Assembly: GCF_006345805.1 (NCBI RefSeq)
Contig: NC_043000.1
Span: forward strand, 95,170,001 to 95,234,000
Length of the DNA: 64,000 nt
Reading direction: 5' to 3'
Source of the DNA: Octopus sinensis
Lineage: Eukaryota
Position numbers and translations under genes: made by a program. The notes beneath the pieces are model-generated. The model ran no database searches, had not been told where the DNA came from, and worked only from the letters and a program-made list of their open reading frames with translations. Shown here one piece after another: positions 40,621 to 53,960 of the stretch (the first letter of the stretch is position 1; every line of letters starts with the position of its first letter).

Positions 40621-41056
40621 CTACACTTTGATCAAACACATCATCTCGTAACTCTTCCGTTGTTTCATATATCTATGACCACATTCTCCAAATGTGAACC
40701 TTCCAATTTGAAGGTGAGATTTAAGACAAAATTAGCTGCTCCTTCTAGTTAATCGAGTAACTAGCTAGAAGCTCACAATTTGTTTCACGAGGCGGTGGCA
40801 AGTGGGGTGGGAGAGGCAGGAAATTAACGAACTAAATATCTTGCAGTGTTTGATTACATTTTGTGTTACAGTCCAACTGGTTTCAGCTTCGCATTTCATC
40901 GCTCCGGAAGTGAAGATTATTGTTCTTGCTTTTAATAGATTATGTCTCTAGTAATATGTGTTTATGCCACACACACATATATATATATATATACAGAGAG
41001 AGAGGGAGAGAGAAAGAGAGAGAGAGAGAGAGATAGAGAGATAGATAGATAGATAG

Positions 41057-41129
<73 letters not shown>

Positions 41130-41130
<1 letters not shown>

Positions 41131-41342
41131 AGTTAATCCAAACAAGAAAACAAAAAAAAACAAAAAAACACAACAACGCGAGGACGTAGAACAAATAAAG
41201 TATTATTGAACGCTCAGGAAAGAAGGGAAGAAAGAGGGTTTAACATTTCGAGCGGAGCTCTTCGTCGGAAACATAGGAGAAGGAAAGATCCCAAGAAGGG
41301 AAGACAGAGGAAAAAAATCGCCAGCGGTACTCACGAGGTCAC
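41130..41342 (-). mobile_element. Short Penelope-like terminal repeat embedded in (GATA)n
   Basis: Non-simple insert between two GATA tracts, carrying a minimal hammerhead-like motif. Confidence 0.55.
41238..41272 (-). ncRNA. Minimal type I hammerhead-like motif (U4C, extra A after A9, C15.2U)
   Basis: Minus strand: GTTT CCGACGA A GAGC-TCC-GCTC GAAA TGTT AAAC. Stem I GTTT/AAAC, stem II GAGC/GCTC. Confidence 0.55.
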
Positions 41343-41438
<96 letters not shown>

Positions 41439-41637
41439 GGATAGATAGATATTCTGAAGAATTTTCTAATATTGATTTCCTGATATTAATAGCAATATAT
41501 TATATAATATATATAATCGCTCGTATTAAATGTATAATACTTTAATAGTATTAATACTTTGATGCAATAGAGCACTCAATGTAAATTCAGTATATAATAT
41601 TCTCATTGAATATATTTAACTAAAGATTTATATATTA

Positions 41638-42031
41638 CTAGCAGTATCGCCCGGCGTTGCTCGGGTTTGTAAGGGAAATAATTATATAAGCATTTTTAGA
41701 GATGTAAAGTATAATAGCCATCTCAATATGGCTAACCACAAAGGGGAAGGGGTGTTACTGTAGCTTTTTACGTTCTGAGATTTAATAATAAATTTTAGAG
41801 AGTTACATCCCTTATATATGTCAAAAATGGATTAAAAATGGGAAAAATTGATGGTAATTTTTTTTTAAATCGTAGACTCATCGTAGACGCGCGCTAATAC
41901 CCAGACGGTCTCGATATGAATCACGACTATAAGATACCCGGTTTTGGTTAAACTGCACCGCAAAATGTGGGAGTAGTTAGGAATCTAAATCGTAGGAGAC
42001 AGACACACAACCTCACTTTTATATATAAAGA
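41638..42031 (-). mobile_element. Non-autonomous Helitron
   Basis: Minus strand begins A|TC (42031) and ends with hairpin CCCGAGCAACGCCGGG (41665-41650), then CTAG|T (41641-41638). No TSD. Confidence 0.85.
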
Positions 42032-42131
42032 TTTCCTCTATTTACATAATATTGAGGTCTCTTTCTTTCTTTTGTTATCTTACTGTTTTTACCAATATAC
42101 ATATATATATATATATATAAATATATATATA

Positions 42132-42454
42132 GTTACAGAGATGTACTTGCATAGCAAGTGACTTGATCTGAGATCGTGTGCTGGAACGAAAACAGTTGCA
42201 GCGTTGAAGGTGTTTATAAGCCATTTAAGAAACACACAAAAACCGTTAGATTCACTTCAACATTTAAATTTAATTTGTCAAAATATTTTCGTCGCTTTGA
42301 GACCGCGACCTGTTAGCACGATATTTTTGTCAGTGAACAGGTCGCGGTCTCAAAGCGACGAAAATATTTTGGCAAATTAAATTTAAATGTTGAAGTGAAT
42401 GAAACGGTTTTTGTGTGTTTCTTAAATGGCTTACAAACGCCTTCGACGCTGCAA
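42132..42454. mobile_element. Fold-back Penelope-like terminus in (TA)n, 119-bp inverted arms
   Basis: 42196-42314 is the near reverse complement of 42336-42454 with a 21-bp spacer. (TA)n flanks both sides, and the spacer plus right arm form a hammerhead variant. Confidence 0.7.
42326..42376 (+). ncRNA. Type I hammerhead ribozyme variant with swapped G3-C8 core pair
   Basis: TTTGTCA (42326-32) GTGAACA (42333-39) G GTCGC-ggtctcaaa-GCGAC GAAA A-TA-T TT TGGCAAA (42370-76). Stem I 7 bp (one G-U), stem II 5 bp, palindromic stem III AATATT, predicted cleavage after T42369. Confidence 0.68.
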
Positions 42455-43499
42455 TATATATATACACACATATATATATATATATGTATGTATGTATGTA
42501 TGTGTGTATATGTGTATGTATGTATGTGTGTGTGTGTGCGTGTCTGTGCTTGTGATTGTCCTCCACCACTGCTTGACAACGAATGTTGGTTTGTTTACAT
42601 CCCTGTCACCTAGTGGTTTGACAAAGGAAACAGATAGAATAAGTACAATGCTTACAAAAATAAAACTGGAGTTGATTCATTAAACTACAATTCTTCAAGG
42701 CATTGCCCCAGCATGGCCACAGACCAATGGCTAGAAAAAGCAGAAGAATAAAAGAATACATTCTCTGCTTTGGTCTTATGTTCAAGGCATGAGAAAGCTT
42801 GAGTTTACATGAGAAGGCCTAACAGACCTGGTAGAAACAGCAGCCAAATCTCCCTCAAATCACACCTTACTGTCTTATGTATGTATATATATATGAGCCA
42901 ATGAGGGGGACCTCTACATGGTAGCTAGACATGGTAGAAATAGCAGCCAAATCTCCCTCAAATCACACCTTACTGTCTTATCTTTCTGCTACTTGGATAT
43001 AGGTCTTATATTCGTCGTAAAAAACTTTCCTGTCACACACTCACGCACACGCACACACACACACACACGCACCCTCACACACACACACACACGCGCACAC
43101 ACACACACACACACACGCACGTTAGCTTACAATTTTATTTATATATTTGCGTATCTATGTGTGGAAAGAGGAAGTGGGTGGCAGAGTGAAAGAATCACTC
43201 ACTACAGTAAGTGAATTACTTTCATTTTATTCGTTGCCCACTGTGTGTGTGCGTTTGCGTGTGGTGTAAACCAGACTAAGAAAAGCATTTGACACACACA
43301 CCAGAATGTGAGTTTTCTGTAAATTTTGCTTAATTGGAGTTTAAATTTTAAAAACTGGACCTGGCATGACGCGATGCATTCTACTCTTAAAAATGCTAGG
43401 TAAATTGTAATTGAAGAAATCCTATATTGTAGATTTGTATAACTCCTAAAGGGAGGCAGATAAAATCTGCCTTTTATAATAAGAGATATATACATATAT

Positions 43500-43668
43500 A
43501 CATGCATGCATACATACATACATGCATGCATGCAAGCATACATACATACATACATACATACATACATACATACATACATACATACATACATACACACACA
43601 CATACATACATACATACATACATACATACATACATACATACATACATACATACATACATACATACATA
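43500..43668. repeat. (CATA)n microsatellite
   Basis: Seen directly. Confidence 0.95.
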
Positions 43669-43669
43669 C

Positions 43670-44770
43670 GAAATGCCTTTGAATGTCGTATCATATCCCT
43701 TCGGCAACATTTTTTAACCACCAAGCGTCTAAGTGCATCCCTTGACCAAGTTTGTATACACGAGGCTGATAACATCATAAGACTTGGAAGGCAGCTCCTT
43801 AAGAAACAATCTTTCTCTCTGACAACCTAGAGTACATGACCAAAGAAATCGCTCGACTGTACCGCAGCATATCATCAGATGAAAGGATGAGCCTGTATGA
43901 GCAGAAGACTATGCATGGATATGTTAGTAGAAAGCTCCGTGATGATAGTAACATCGATCATCAAAGCAGTTTATGATGGACCAATAGCCGGATTATTACC
44001 TCCCACTTCGAAAGGAGTGCGTTTGCAATCCAGGGACAGGCAATATCAACCAAGTACCTGATGCACAAAAGAGACAGAGATGCAGGAAAAGCAGTAAAAC
44101 GTTACAACCGATGCAGACTTTGAGGAGTTAACACCGAAGATATCACCCACATCATAAGCAGTTGTCCAAAAATGTCATCACGGTATTATCTACATTTGAG
44201 ACATTGATATTGTAGCTAGGACACTCTATAATGAAGTCCGTCGGAAAGATAACCCCAAGGACAAAGAAATAAGAACCCACAGTATGGTAGAAGCAATAGT
44301 CACTCATAATAAAAAGAATAAAAAGGAGTACTGGTGGAACGTTCCAGTGAAAACCTCAATAAAATGTAAGCAAAGCAGACCTGATATGATTTGGTATAGA
44401 GGAGAGAAACTGTACAGTTGTGGAAATTAGCTGCCCAGCGGATGTTAACATAAAGCAGAAGATCAGTGAAAAAGAGAATACCTACGCTGATCTATTGAGA
44501 AATCTGCAGTTACTCTATCCAGATTACAAGTTCAGGTTTATACATGTAATTATTGGGACTCTGGGATATGTAACACACTGCCTAGATACCAAACTTGAGA
44601 AGTTAGGCTTCTCAAAACCAGAAAGGAGAAAGCTAACTCGAAGACAACAGATCCAGTCCATCACTAGAACTGTAAAAATGTGTAAAAAGTTTATCATTTA
44701 AATATATATGAGCATGTCTAGATATGCAACTATATGCATGAGAATACATACATAAAGCAAAGCATACAAA
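43670..44770 (+). mobile_element. 5'-truncated R4/Dong-like non-LTR retrotransposon (RT C-terminus, CCHC, restriction-like endonuclease, 3' UTR)
   Basis: AFECRIISLRQHFL (post-RT), CRL-GVNTEDITHIISSCP, LRH-D, RPD-IWYR...VEISCPADVNIKQKISEKENTYADL, IIGTLG. Frameshifted, with (CATA)n on both sides. Confidence 0.88.
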
Positions 44771-44904
44771 TCTGCACATATACATACATACATGCATACA
44801 TACATACATGCATGCATGCATACATGCATGCATGCATACATACATACATACATACATACATACATACATACATACATACATACATACATACATACATACA
44901 TACA

Positions 44905-44934
<30 letters not shown>

Positions 44935-44935
<1 letters not shown>

Positions 44936-45330
44936 TCGAGTGTATCTCCAAATTTAGCTGATCCAGTAGTGAAGACTACGAAATACATCGAACTCAAAAC
45001 CATTTTTAAATTTCAATTCGCAAAAACGTTTGCTACTTTCTCGAAGCTTTCATTGAGGAACAAACTATTCCCAACAAGAGTGAGAAAAAATCCGACTGAT
45101 CTAATGTTTAGTGTTGTCAACGATGTTGCTGGAGAACACATGGAATCGTGTGATGTTAATTATTAGAATATTAATACTTTTATACACACAGTCGCTATCT
45201 ACAGTGATCAAAGTACAGAAATTACTGCACGGAAACAACCTAGATGGAAAACAAAACTTGAAGAAAACATCAACAATGTGCGCCGCCATATTGGATGGTT
45301 AACTACAACAATAAAATGTAAGGAGGAAAA
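44935..45330 (+). mobile_element. R4-like ORF N-terminal fragment
   Basis: RKQPRWKTKLEENINNVRRHIGWL resembles the P.W..RLE..I..LR.DI..L motif upstream of the R4-clade RT. It starts directly after (CATA)n. Confidence 0.55.
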
Positions 45331-45442
45331 TATGTGTGTGAATATATATATATTTACAAATACATACATACGCATACGCATACACACACACACACACACA
45401 CACACATATAAATACAATAAAGTATACAAATATGTGTTTGTA

Positions 45443-45513
<71 letters not shown>

Positions 45514-46677
45514 GTGTGTGTGTGTGTTGTGTGTGTGTGTGTGTTTATGTACATTATATGCAAAAAAAAAAAGAGAAATGTAACACCAATTAAAACTGAG
45601 ACATCATATCGTCCTTAATACGATTTTCACGTTAGCGCTCTTCGATATTGTTCCAGAATGTGTATGAAGCAGTTAGAAGAATTAGTTGAAATGACAGATA
45701 AAGACTGAACGGATTAGTTTCCGGTGCTGTTATTATTTTCCAGCATTCAGCACTTAAAAAAAATTGGCCCTTTTATATATTTTCTGAGAGAGGTATTTTC
45801 ATTTAATTCTTATTTATCAGCTTTATCGAAAATTTCTTCCTTTTCTAAAAATACAACAACGCATCAGCTAGATTAAAGATAAGTAAATATATGTGAAAAA
45901 TTGTTTGCTAAACAGAGAGGAAGAAACGGGGAAGGAAGAAGGGATATTGAAACGTGTATGTGTAATATGTCTGTCTGTGTTTTCGACGAGGTCTAGGATG
46001 CATCTAAATTTAATATAAATCGCGCAAATAACATTCAAACAAAGTAGGGACAGGTGGATTTGTTAGAGGCTTGAATAGAACGTCTTGCATTTTATTTGTT
46101 TCGCCTCTATACACTTTGTGTCGAAATCTGGCCGAGGTCAGCTTTGCTTTTTATGCTTTCGGGGTCGATAAATTATAAGTACCAATCGAGCGTTCTGGAT
46201 TGGCAGAATTGTAAGAACTGAGAACCTAGTGCTTTGCAATATTCCTTTTGGATCTTTGCATACTGCGTTCAAATCACGCTATGACCTACTTTGTCGGCAA
46301 TCCTAATCCGTCGGTCAATTTAACACCGCCACATGGACTTGGCTGTTGCTACCAGAACTCACTCCGTTGCAAGCATTTGAACATGGTCTCTAGTTTCTGA
46401 GTACCTTCTTCCTCTCGACAAGTCTCAGATGTCTCTCTCTCTCTCTCTCTCTCTTACTTATTTGTTTCATTCATTTGACTGCGGCCATGCTGGAGCACCG
46501 CCTTTAGTCGAGCAAATCGACTCCAATACTTATTTTTTGTAAGCCTAGTACTTATATCGGTCTCTTTTACCGAACCGCTAAGTTACGGGGGTGTAAACAC
46601 ACCACCATCGGTTATCAAGCGATGTTGGGGGACAAACACAGACACACAAACAAATACACACACATACATGTATATAT

Positions 46678-46719
<42 letters not shown>

Positions 46720-46768
46720 ATAATATATATATATATATATTATATATATATATATATATACATATATA

Positions 46769-46932
46769 CGACAGGCTTCTTTCAGATTCCGTCTACCAAA
46801 TCCACTCACAAGGCTTTGGTCGGCCCGAGGCTATAGTAGAAGTTACTTGCCCAAGGTGCCACGCAGTAGGAATGAACCCGGAACTGTGTGGTAAATAAGC
46901 AAGCTACTTACCACACAGCCACTCCTTCGTCC
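46769..46932 (-). mobile_element. tRNA-derived SINE head and body
   Basis: Same family as 11518-11670 and 39834-39976. Further SINE-derived sequence lies at about 46465-46650, across a (TA)n tract. Confidence 0.8.
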
Positions 46933-48138
46933 TATAAAGAGTCATGCGCATTGATCTTCCTCCTGACTAAAACACGTATACATGGAAGAGGACATTTTAA
47001 TTTCACCAACAACTGAAAGAGAGAGAGAGACAGAGAGAGAAAGACATTGACATATACATATACACACATACTGTTTCAGTTTGGCCCTGCCTGAGAATTA
47101 CGTTAATGTTACACGTGTCTGAAATATACTCAACCACTTACACGTTGATACAAGTGCAGGTAAGTTCGCTTAATCGATCGAGAAACTAAGTCCCCACCAC
47201 TACTAGTAGAGAAAGTTCTATATCTTTTATCTTTTACTTGTTTCTGTCATTAGACTGCAGCCATGCCGCGGCACTGCCTTAAAGAATTTTCAGTCGAACG
47301 AATCGACCTCGATATTTGTTTTGATTTCTATTGTGAAGCCTAGTATTTATTCTATCGGTCCTTTTGCCGAAATGCTACATTCGGGGGACGTAAACACTCC
47401 AACACCGGTTATTATCTCCCAAACACACATAGGCACTGTTTTATTCTTTTATTCTTTTACCTGTTTCATTTATTTGAGTGCGGTCATGATGGAACACCGC
47501 CTTATATATATATATAGAGAGAGAGAGAGGGGGGGGAGGGAGAGAAAGAGGGGGAGGGAGAGGGAGAGAAAGACAGAGAGAGAGATATATACGAGGGGCT
47601 TCTTTCAGCTTCTACCTACTAATCCCACTCAAGTGGTAATGGTGATGATGGTGGTGGTGTGGTGGTGGTGGTGGTGATGGTACAAACACGCACATACACA
47701 CGTATATATGTCTGTGTATACATATGCATACATATATATTTGCACATATATATATGTGTGTGTGTATTCCATCAACCAAATCTATTCACTATGTTTTGGT
47801 CGGCTCGAGACTATTGTAAAAAACGCTCACCAAAGGTGCCTCGCAGCGGGACTGAACCTTGGTTCGAGAGCAGACTTCTTACCACAATTAATGAATTGTG
47901 CGTTCGAGTATAGAGGTGAAATGGGTAAGTGAATACGAAATTAATTCGAGTGTTTTGTTGTATAGTTGGGCAGAACAGTTCATTCTCTCTCATTCAGGTA
48001 AATGTGGATTCACATATATAACAGATCATCTGAGCATGTTGATAAATGAGAGTCCTTTCATATGGTTAATTCGCATCACACCGTAAAACTCAAAGCCATT
48101 TCCTCCAGGGACGCTTGGTGAATGTGTACGAACATTCA

Positions 48139-48173
<35 letters not shown>

Positions 48174-48310
48174 GCTAACACTTGAAGTTTGATAGCTTCA
48201 TTGCCTCAGTTTCACGCTAATAGCAATTACGAGATTGACCAGGTAGACTATACACACATGTACAGGTAATTATGTGTGTGTGTATGTATATGCGTGTGTG
48301 CGTGTGACTA

Positions 48311-48351
<41 letters not shown>

Positions 48352-48959
48352 GTATATATATTGAGCGTTTATGCATATATGTGTGTATCAGAGATCGTGT
48401 GTGTGTGTATTCTAAAATTTTGAATAAAATGTTCCCAATACATACCGTGTCAAATCACTTAATTACACTAACAGCCATTTCCGTAGTACACACAAATACA
48501 CGCACACACACATACTCACACATACACAAACAAACAAATATACACATACACTTATACGCAAACATGCATACTCAAAAGAAAAGAGGATTCATATAATTAT
48601 TTTTTAAAGGTGAAAATTTGATAAATATGTATATTAAATTTACATTCAAATTTAATGCAAATGTCACGGAAACAATTTAGCAAAATGAAACAAAATAAAG
48701 ATTGGCTCGTTACACAATGTTTTTAAATTATGCCATTTCCTGGCGCCTATGAAACACATTTTTTTTCTAAAGCAAAACTCTTAAACACTTAACAATTCTC
48801 AATCTCGATTCGAAAAAGGAAGAACAAAAAGAGAATTAAAAATAATGAAGTACATAGACACAAGCGTGGCTGTGTGGTAAGAAGCTTGCTTCCGGTTTAC
48901 CGTGATTCATTTGGTTTGTTGGATTTGTTCGAGATACACGTGCATTTTTGGCCGTACGA

Positions 48960-49760
48960 CGTTTTTTCCTCTTGTGTGATGGAGGGGCGTCGAACGAAGA
49001 GTTATGAGAAGTTGAAGTATTCTTCCTCAGAATGATTTTGAAGACTGCGGAATAAATAATAATCAGATGGGGCAATGTCCGGCGAACATGACTGGTAAGG
49101 TATCGTTTCCCATTCAAACTGCTCAGCCTTTGGAATGTCACCCTCACTGTATGTGGCCGAGCATTATCCTGATGGAAGAACACCTTTCGACTTAAAATCA
49201 AAGATGGTCGTTTTTCTTCCAGTACTGACTAAAGCCATTCAAGCTTCTCGCAGTAGATCTTTGTTATCGTTTTGTTTGAGTTTAAAAGTTTAAAGTGGAC
49301 TAAACCTTTCATATCCCACCAAACAGCTAACAACACATTAAGTGGGTGAAGACCTTCTTTAGCCTGTGATGCCGGTGTTTCCTTATCCACTGTCTTCAGC
49401 AGTTGACATTTTTATAGAAAACCCATTTCTCATTACCAGTCACAATTCGGTCCAAAAATAGGTTCATTCGCGGGATGTGGCAGCAAAGAAGAGCACATAT
49501 TCACTCACTGCGTGCGATTTAGACTCGGAAAGTTTGTGAGGAACCCATTGACCCAATTTGCTGACTTTTCCGGTGGCACGTAAGTGTCGATGAATGATTG
49601 AATGACCAAATCCAAGCTTCTTTGCTAGTTCCTCAGTAGTTTCGATTGTTTACATACACAGGACCTGCCCAAGGATAGGTCATCACTAGACGAGACGATG
49701 TTATTCATTATTTGACGGATAAGTAAACTTTTAAGAAGTATACTTTTACAACCATAGGCA
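48960..49760 (-). mobile_element. Mariner transposase fragment (Mos1-like)
   Basis: FLDRIVTGNEKWVF, VFFHQDNARPH and PD-APSDYYLF motifs across frameshifts. Confidence 0.88.
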
Positions 49761-51539
49761 ATATCAGGAAATATGGCGTACTACAGGCGTTCTCGATCCC
49801 CGGACCATATCCTCTCTCACCGCCATCCTCAGAGACAACACCTTTTCCATTTGGCCTGCTGTGATCTTGAGGCGGTCTGAATTACAGGAAATCGAGAGAT
49901 TGCAAGAATTTAGGTAAAGCGTATGCAAATACTTATTCTTACACAGTCACAAACGCTATCTTTTATCTTCTGTTTCAGTCCTTGGACTGCGGTCATACTG
50001 AGACACCACCTTCAAGAATCAACCCCAATACTTACTTTTTAAAAAAAAACTGATACCTATTCTATCGGCCGAACTGTTAACTAAAGTTAATTTATATAAA
50101 ATTCCTTAGTACTTATACAAAAGGATAAAATGAATACTTATTTTCGTAAGAAAATTATTTATTACCTTAATATGAAATCCGACAAACAAGTTTTCTTGTA
50201 TGCTTGTAATAAATATATGTTATTATTTGTCTCAATTTTATCAACATAATCGCAATCCATCTCTGCAAAATTTTACATCCTCCTAAGGTTATTTTGTCAT
50301 TTACTCCTTTCTCACCTCCTCCTCGTTCTCCTACTCTGTCCCTATAATTCTTTCTCTCTCAAAGCGTCTGTAAAACATTTCTGTACTCATTGCCTGCCAC
50401 GAAGCCTAGTATGTGCATTAAACGACCCCTCTTATGTGAACACTCTATATCTCGCTTTTACTTTCTCTTTTACACACACACATACTCTCTCTCTCTCTCT
50501 CTCTCTCCCTCTCTCTCTCATTCTATTCATTGTAAAGTGTGACTGGAGTAATCATCCAGCCAACCATCCAACCAAACAACATTTGTATCGACTATTATTA
50601 TATAGGTGTGTTTATTTTTCCTTCCCCTTAAAGTTATCTCATGTTTCCACCTGTGTGAGAAAAATAACTTTAATATCAAGCCATAACTATTAGAATTTCT
50701 CCACCAGTTTCCAAAAAATGTAAAATTTGATAAAAATTATTATCATTAAAGTGTTAGAAATCAATATTATTTATCGTAAAAATTGGTGATTGACAGAATC
50801 TCTAGATTATCAGTATTTAGTTGTATCTGCAAAGAAAGAAATTTTTCACCGGATTTATTTATAGAAAGATACAGTATCGCTCACGGAAGGGTTTGGGATT
50901 TTTTTAGAGTCTGCCGCACATTACTTGGGATTGAAAAAAATATTTTTCTTTAGACATTTTAACGCTATATATTTTTTGTTAATACCGGTTTTTGCAAATA
51001 TTCAGATGCATTGTAAGATTGCTGCCTTGGAAACAGAAGGAAGAAGTGCTTACCACAGGGGCGGTAACTGTATCCTCAATAACATAAAAACCTCTCAAAT
51101 TATTTTTAAAAGAGAAGTGCCAGTTATAGTTATTTAGTCTCCGGACTGTCCGATTTGAACAGTTCTAACCGCGACCATCTTGTTTACCTTTATTTAGATG
51201 TGGTGTATAATAGGATCACAATAACGGTAAGGTGTGATCTAATGAGAATTTGGCTGCTATTTCTTGCTGGATGAGCGACCAAGTCCACGCATTTCCTAGG
51301 GTCATATTTAAAACGGAATCAAATCAGAGGTCTGTAAAACATTAATCAACTTACCTATCAGATCTCTTTAAAGTGTAAGTATCTGAGTGTCTGTGTCTAA
51401 TTAAAATGATCTATATAGGAATTTGTGTATGCGTGTGTGTGAACGCGCGCGCGTCTACATGTTCGTATTTCTGTGATCGATATCCAGTTTACATTACGTT
51501 TATGTTTGTAGGTATATATCGGACAAACATATATATTCT

Positions 51540-51925
51540 TTTCAACTCTAGGCACAAGGCCCGAAATTTGGGGGAAGAGTACCAGTCGATGAGATCGACC
51601 ACAGTACGCAACTGGTATTTAATTTATCAACCCCGAGAGGATGAAAGGCAAAGTCGACTTCGGCCGAATTTGAACTCAGAACGTAAAGACAGACGAAATA
51701 CCTATTTCTTTACTACCCACAAGGGGCTAAACACAGAGAGGACAAACAAGGACAGACAAACGGATTAAGTCGATTATATCGACCCCAGTGAGTAACTGGT
51801 ACTTATTTAATCGACCCCGAAAGGATGAAAGGCAAAGTCGACCTCGGCGGAATTTGAACTCAGAACGTAGCGGCAGACGAAATACCGCTAATCATCTTCC
51901 CCGGTGTGCCAACGTTTCTGCCAGC
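51540..51925 (-). mobile_element. Two adjacent copies of the abundant tRNA-derived SINE
   Basis: Reverse complement matches 19903-20130 twice; similar copy at 60541-60740. Confidence 0.85.
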
Positions 51926-52216
51926 TGGCCGCCTTGGACAAGAATATATATATTAAATCAGTGTCTATGTATATTCACGTGAGCTTACAAAATCGGATAG
52001 AAATGAGTGTCCGCGCGTGTAGGTGTGCACATGCGTAGGTGTGTGTGCGTGTGCGTATGTTCACTATTTTCACTATGTTTAAAATTGTGGGTGGTATATA
52101 GTATATACGAACAGCATATATTAAAATTTGGTGTTTATATTGATTATGTGAGCTTAATATAACTGCATGTGTGTGTGTGTGTGTTCCTATGTGTATATTT
52201 TTGTATGTGTGAGTAT

Positions 52217-52256
<40 letters not shown>

Positions 52257-52561
52257 TAAATATGTATGTATGTATATTTTTACGTAGTGGGAGTGCATAG
52301 AACCGGTAATATATACGGACTTATACACCACTTAATAAAGACGCAGCTGTTATAGATGTGATAAAGGGATTAAACAGATTTAAGGCATTGAGATCGAGTA
52401 TTGGATTAGATCAAGTGAAAACTAATTTTAGATTACTAAACGAATCAGTTAAGCTTTCATTGTTATTAATTCATTCGATTTGGCAGTGTTGTTAATCTTT
52501 ATTTCCATCTAAATATAAATATCTTTGCGTATAATGGTCAATATGTGAATGTGTGTGCGCA

Positions 52562-52593
<32 letters not shown>

Positions 52594-52682
52594 GGCGCAC
52601 GCACACAGTCACACACACATGGAGAATGGAGTTATATCACATTTATTCCACAGTTTACACCTGTTCCATTCATTATACATAC

Positions 52683-52735
<53 letters not shown>

Positions 52736-52806
52736 CTACGAGCTGGCAGAACAGTTAGTGCACTGGGCAAGATACTTAGCGGCCGGCATTTTGTCCGACT
52801 TTAGGT

Positions 52807-53105
52807 GGAGGCGCAATCGTCAAGTGGTTAGGGCACCGGACTCGCGGTCGTAGGATCGCGATTTCGATTGCCAGACCGGGCGTTGAGAGTGTTTATTGAG
52901 CGAAAACACTTAAAGCTCCAAGAGCCTCCGACAGGGGGTGGTGGCAATCCCTGCTGTACTCTTTCGCCACAAATTTCTCTCACTCTTTCTTCTGTTGGCC
53001 TGCTCGCTTAGCTAGCGGGGTGGCGTCATTTGAAGGCTAAAACAATGCGAAGCGCATTGTGACTAGCGATGTGTAGCAACATCTGATAGCCTGGTCGGTC
53101 ATGCT
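52807..53105 (+). mobile_element. tRNA-headed SINE (GGAGGCGCAAT family)
   Basis: Colinear with 13328-13607. Confidence 0.85.
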
Positions 53106-53122
53106 GATATATATATATATAT

Positions 53123-53179
<57 letters not shown>

Positions 53180-53234
53180 ATGTATGTATGTATGTATCTA
53201 TCTATCTATCTATATATATATATACAGTTATATT

Positions 53235-53960
53235 TGTCGATGGTCTGCTACAACCATGAAAACGGGGAGATCATACCCACAGGATATGAGATTTGGCTCC
53301 ATCACTTTAAGCTAGAATCGAGAAAGTAGAGTATGGATTAGAAACACCCAGAATCGCTAGAGAAAATGGCATTCAATTCCTTCCGCAGAGGGAGTGAAAC
53401 TAACCGGTTTTTGGGGGTTTTTTTTTAATGCGAAAGGTCCTGTACTGAAACATTACCTAGAAAAGGGGCCTACAGTCACAAACGTAGACTACAGTGAAAT
53501 GCTGGAAATGCTGGCCAATAATCTGAAACCAGTAATTCACACCAAATGCCGATGTCTGTTTTTAAAGCAAGTGTTCATTGTTTCACGGTAATGCACGCCC
53601 AAATACCGCCGCCCACACCGTTGAAACCATTGAAAAATTGGGTTCCGAGTTGGTGGAACAATCTGCATACAGTTCAGATCCTGTCCCTTCTGGCTATCAT
53701 CTCTTTGAACCGCTCAAACACTCTTTATGATGTCGGTCAATTTGCTACTGACGAAGACGTGCAAGAAGTAGTGTATAAATGACTGCGTGACCATCCAAAA
53801 ATATTCTCCGATTGAATAAACAAGTTTGTGGACCGCTGGAAGAAGTGCATCTAAAAGCAAGGAGACCATGTCGAAAAATGCTATAATTGTTCACCCATTG
53901 CTTTTGTTTTAATAAATTACAAAAACATCAGTGCGTATATTTTTGACTCATGCACACTCG
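53235..53960 (+). mobile_element. Mariner transposase 3' half
   Basis: GYEIWLHHFKLESRK, SPDLVPSGYHLFEPLK and QFATDEDVQE...FVDRWKKCI..QGDHVEK motifs. Confidence 0.85.

Noticed and set aside
40028-40651. 203-aa poly-His ORF and poly-Val/Trp ORFs
   Set aside because: (GGT/GAT)n trinucleotide tract that is open in several frames on both strands, continuous with SINE sequence.
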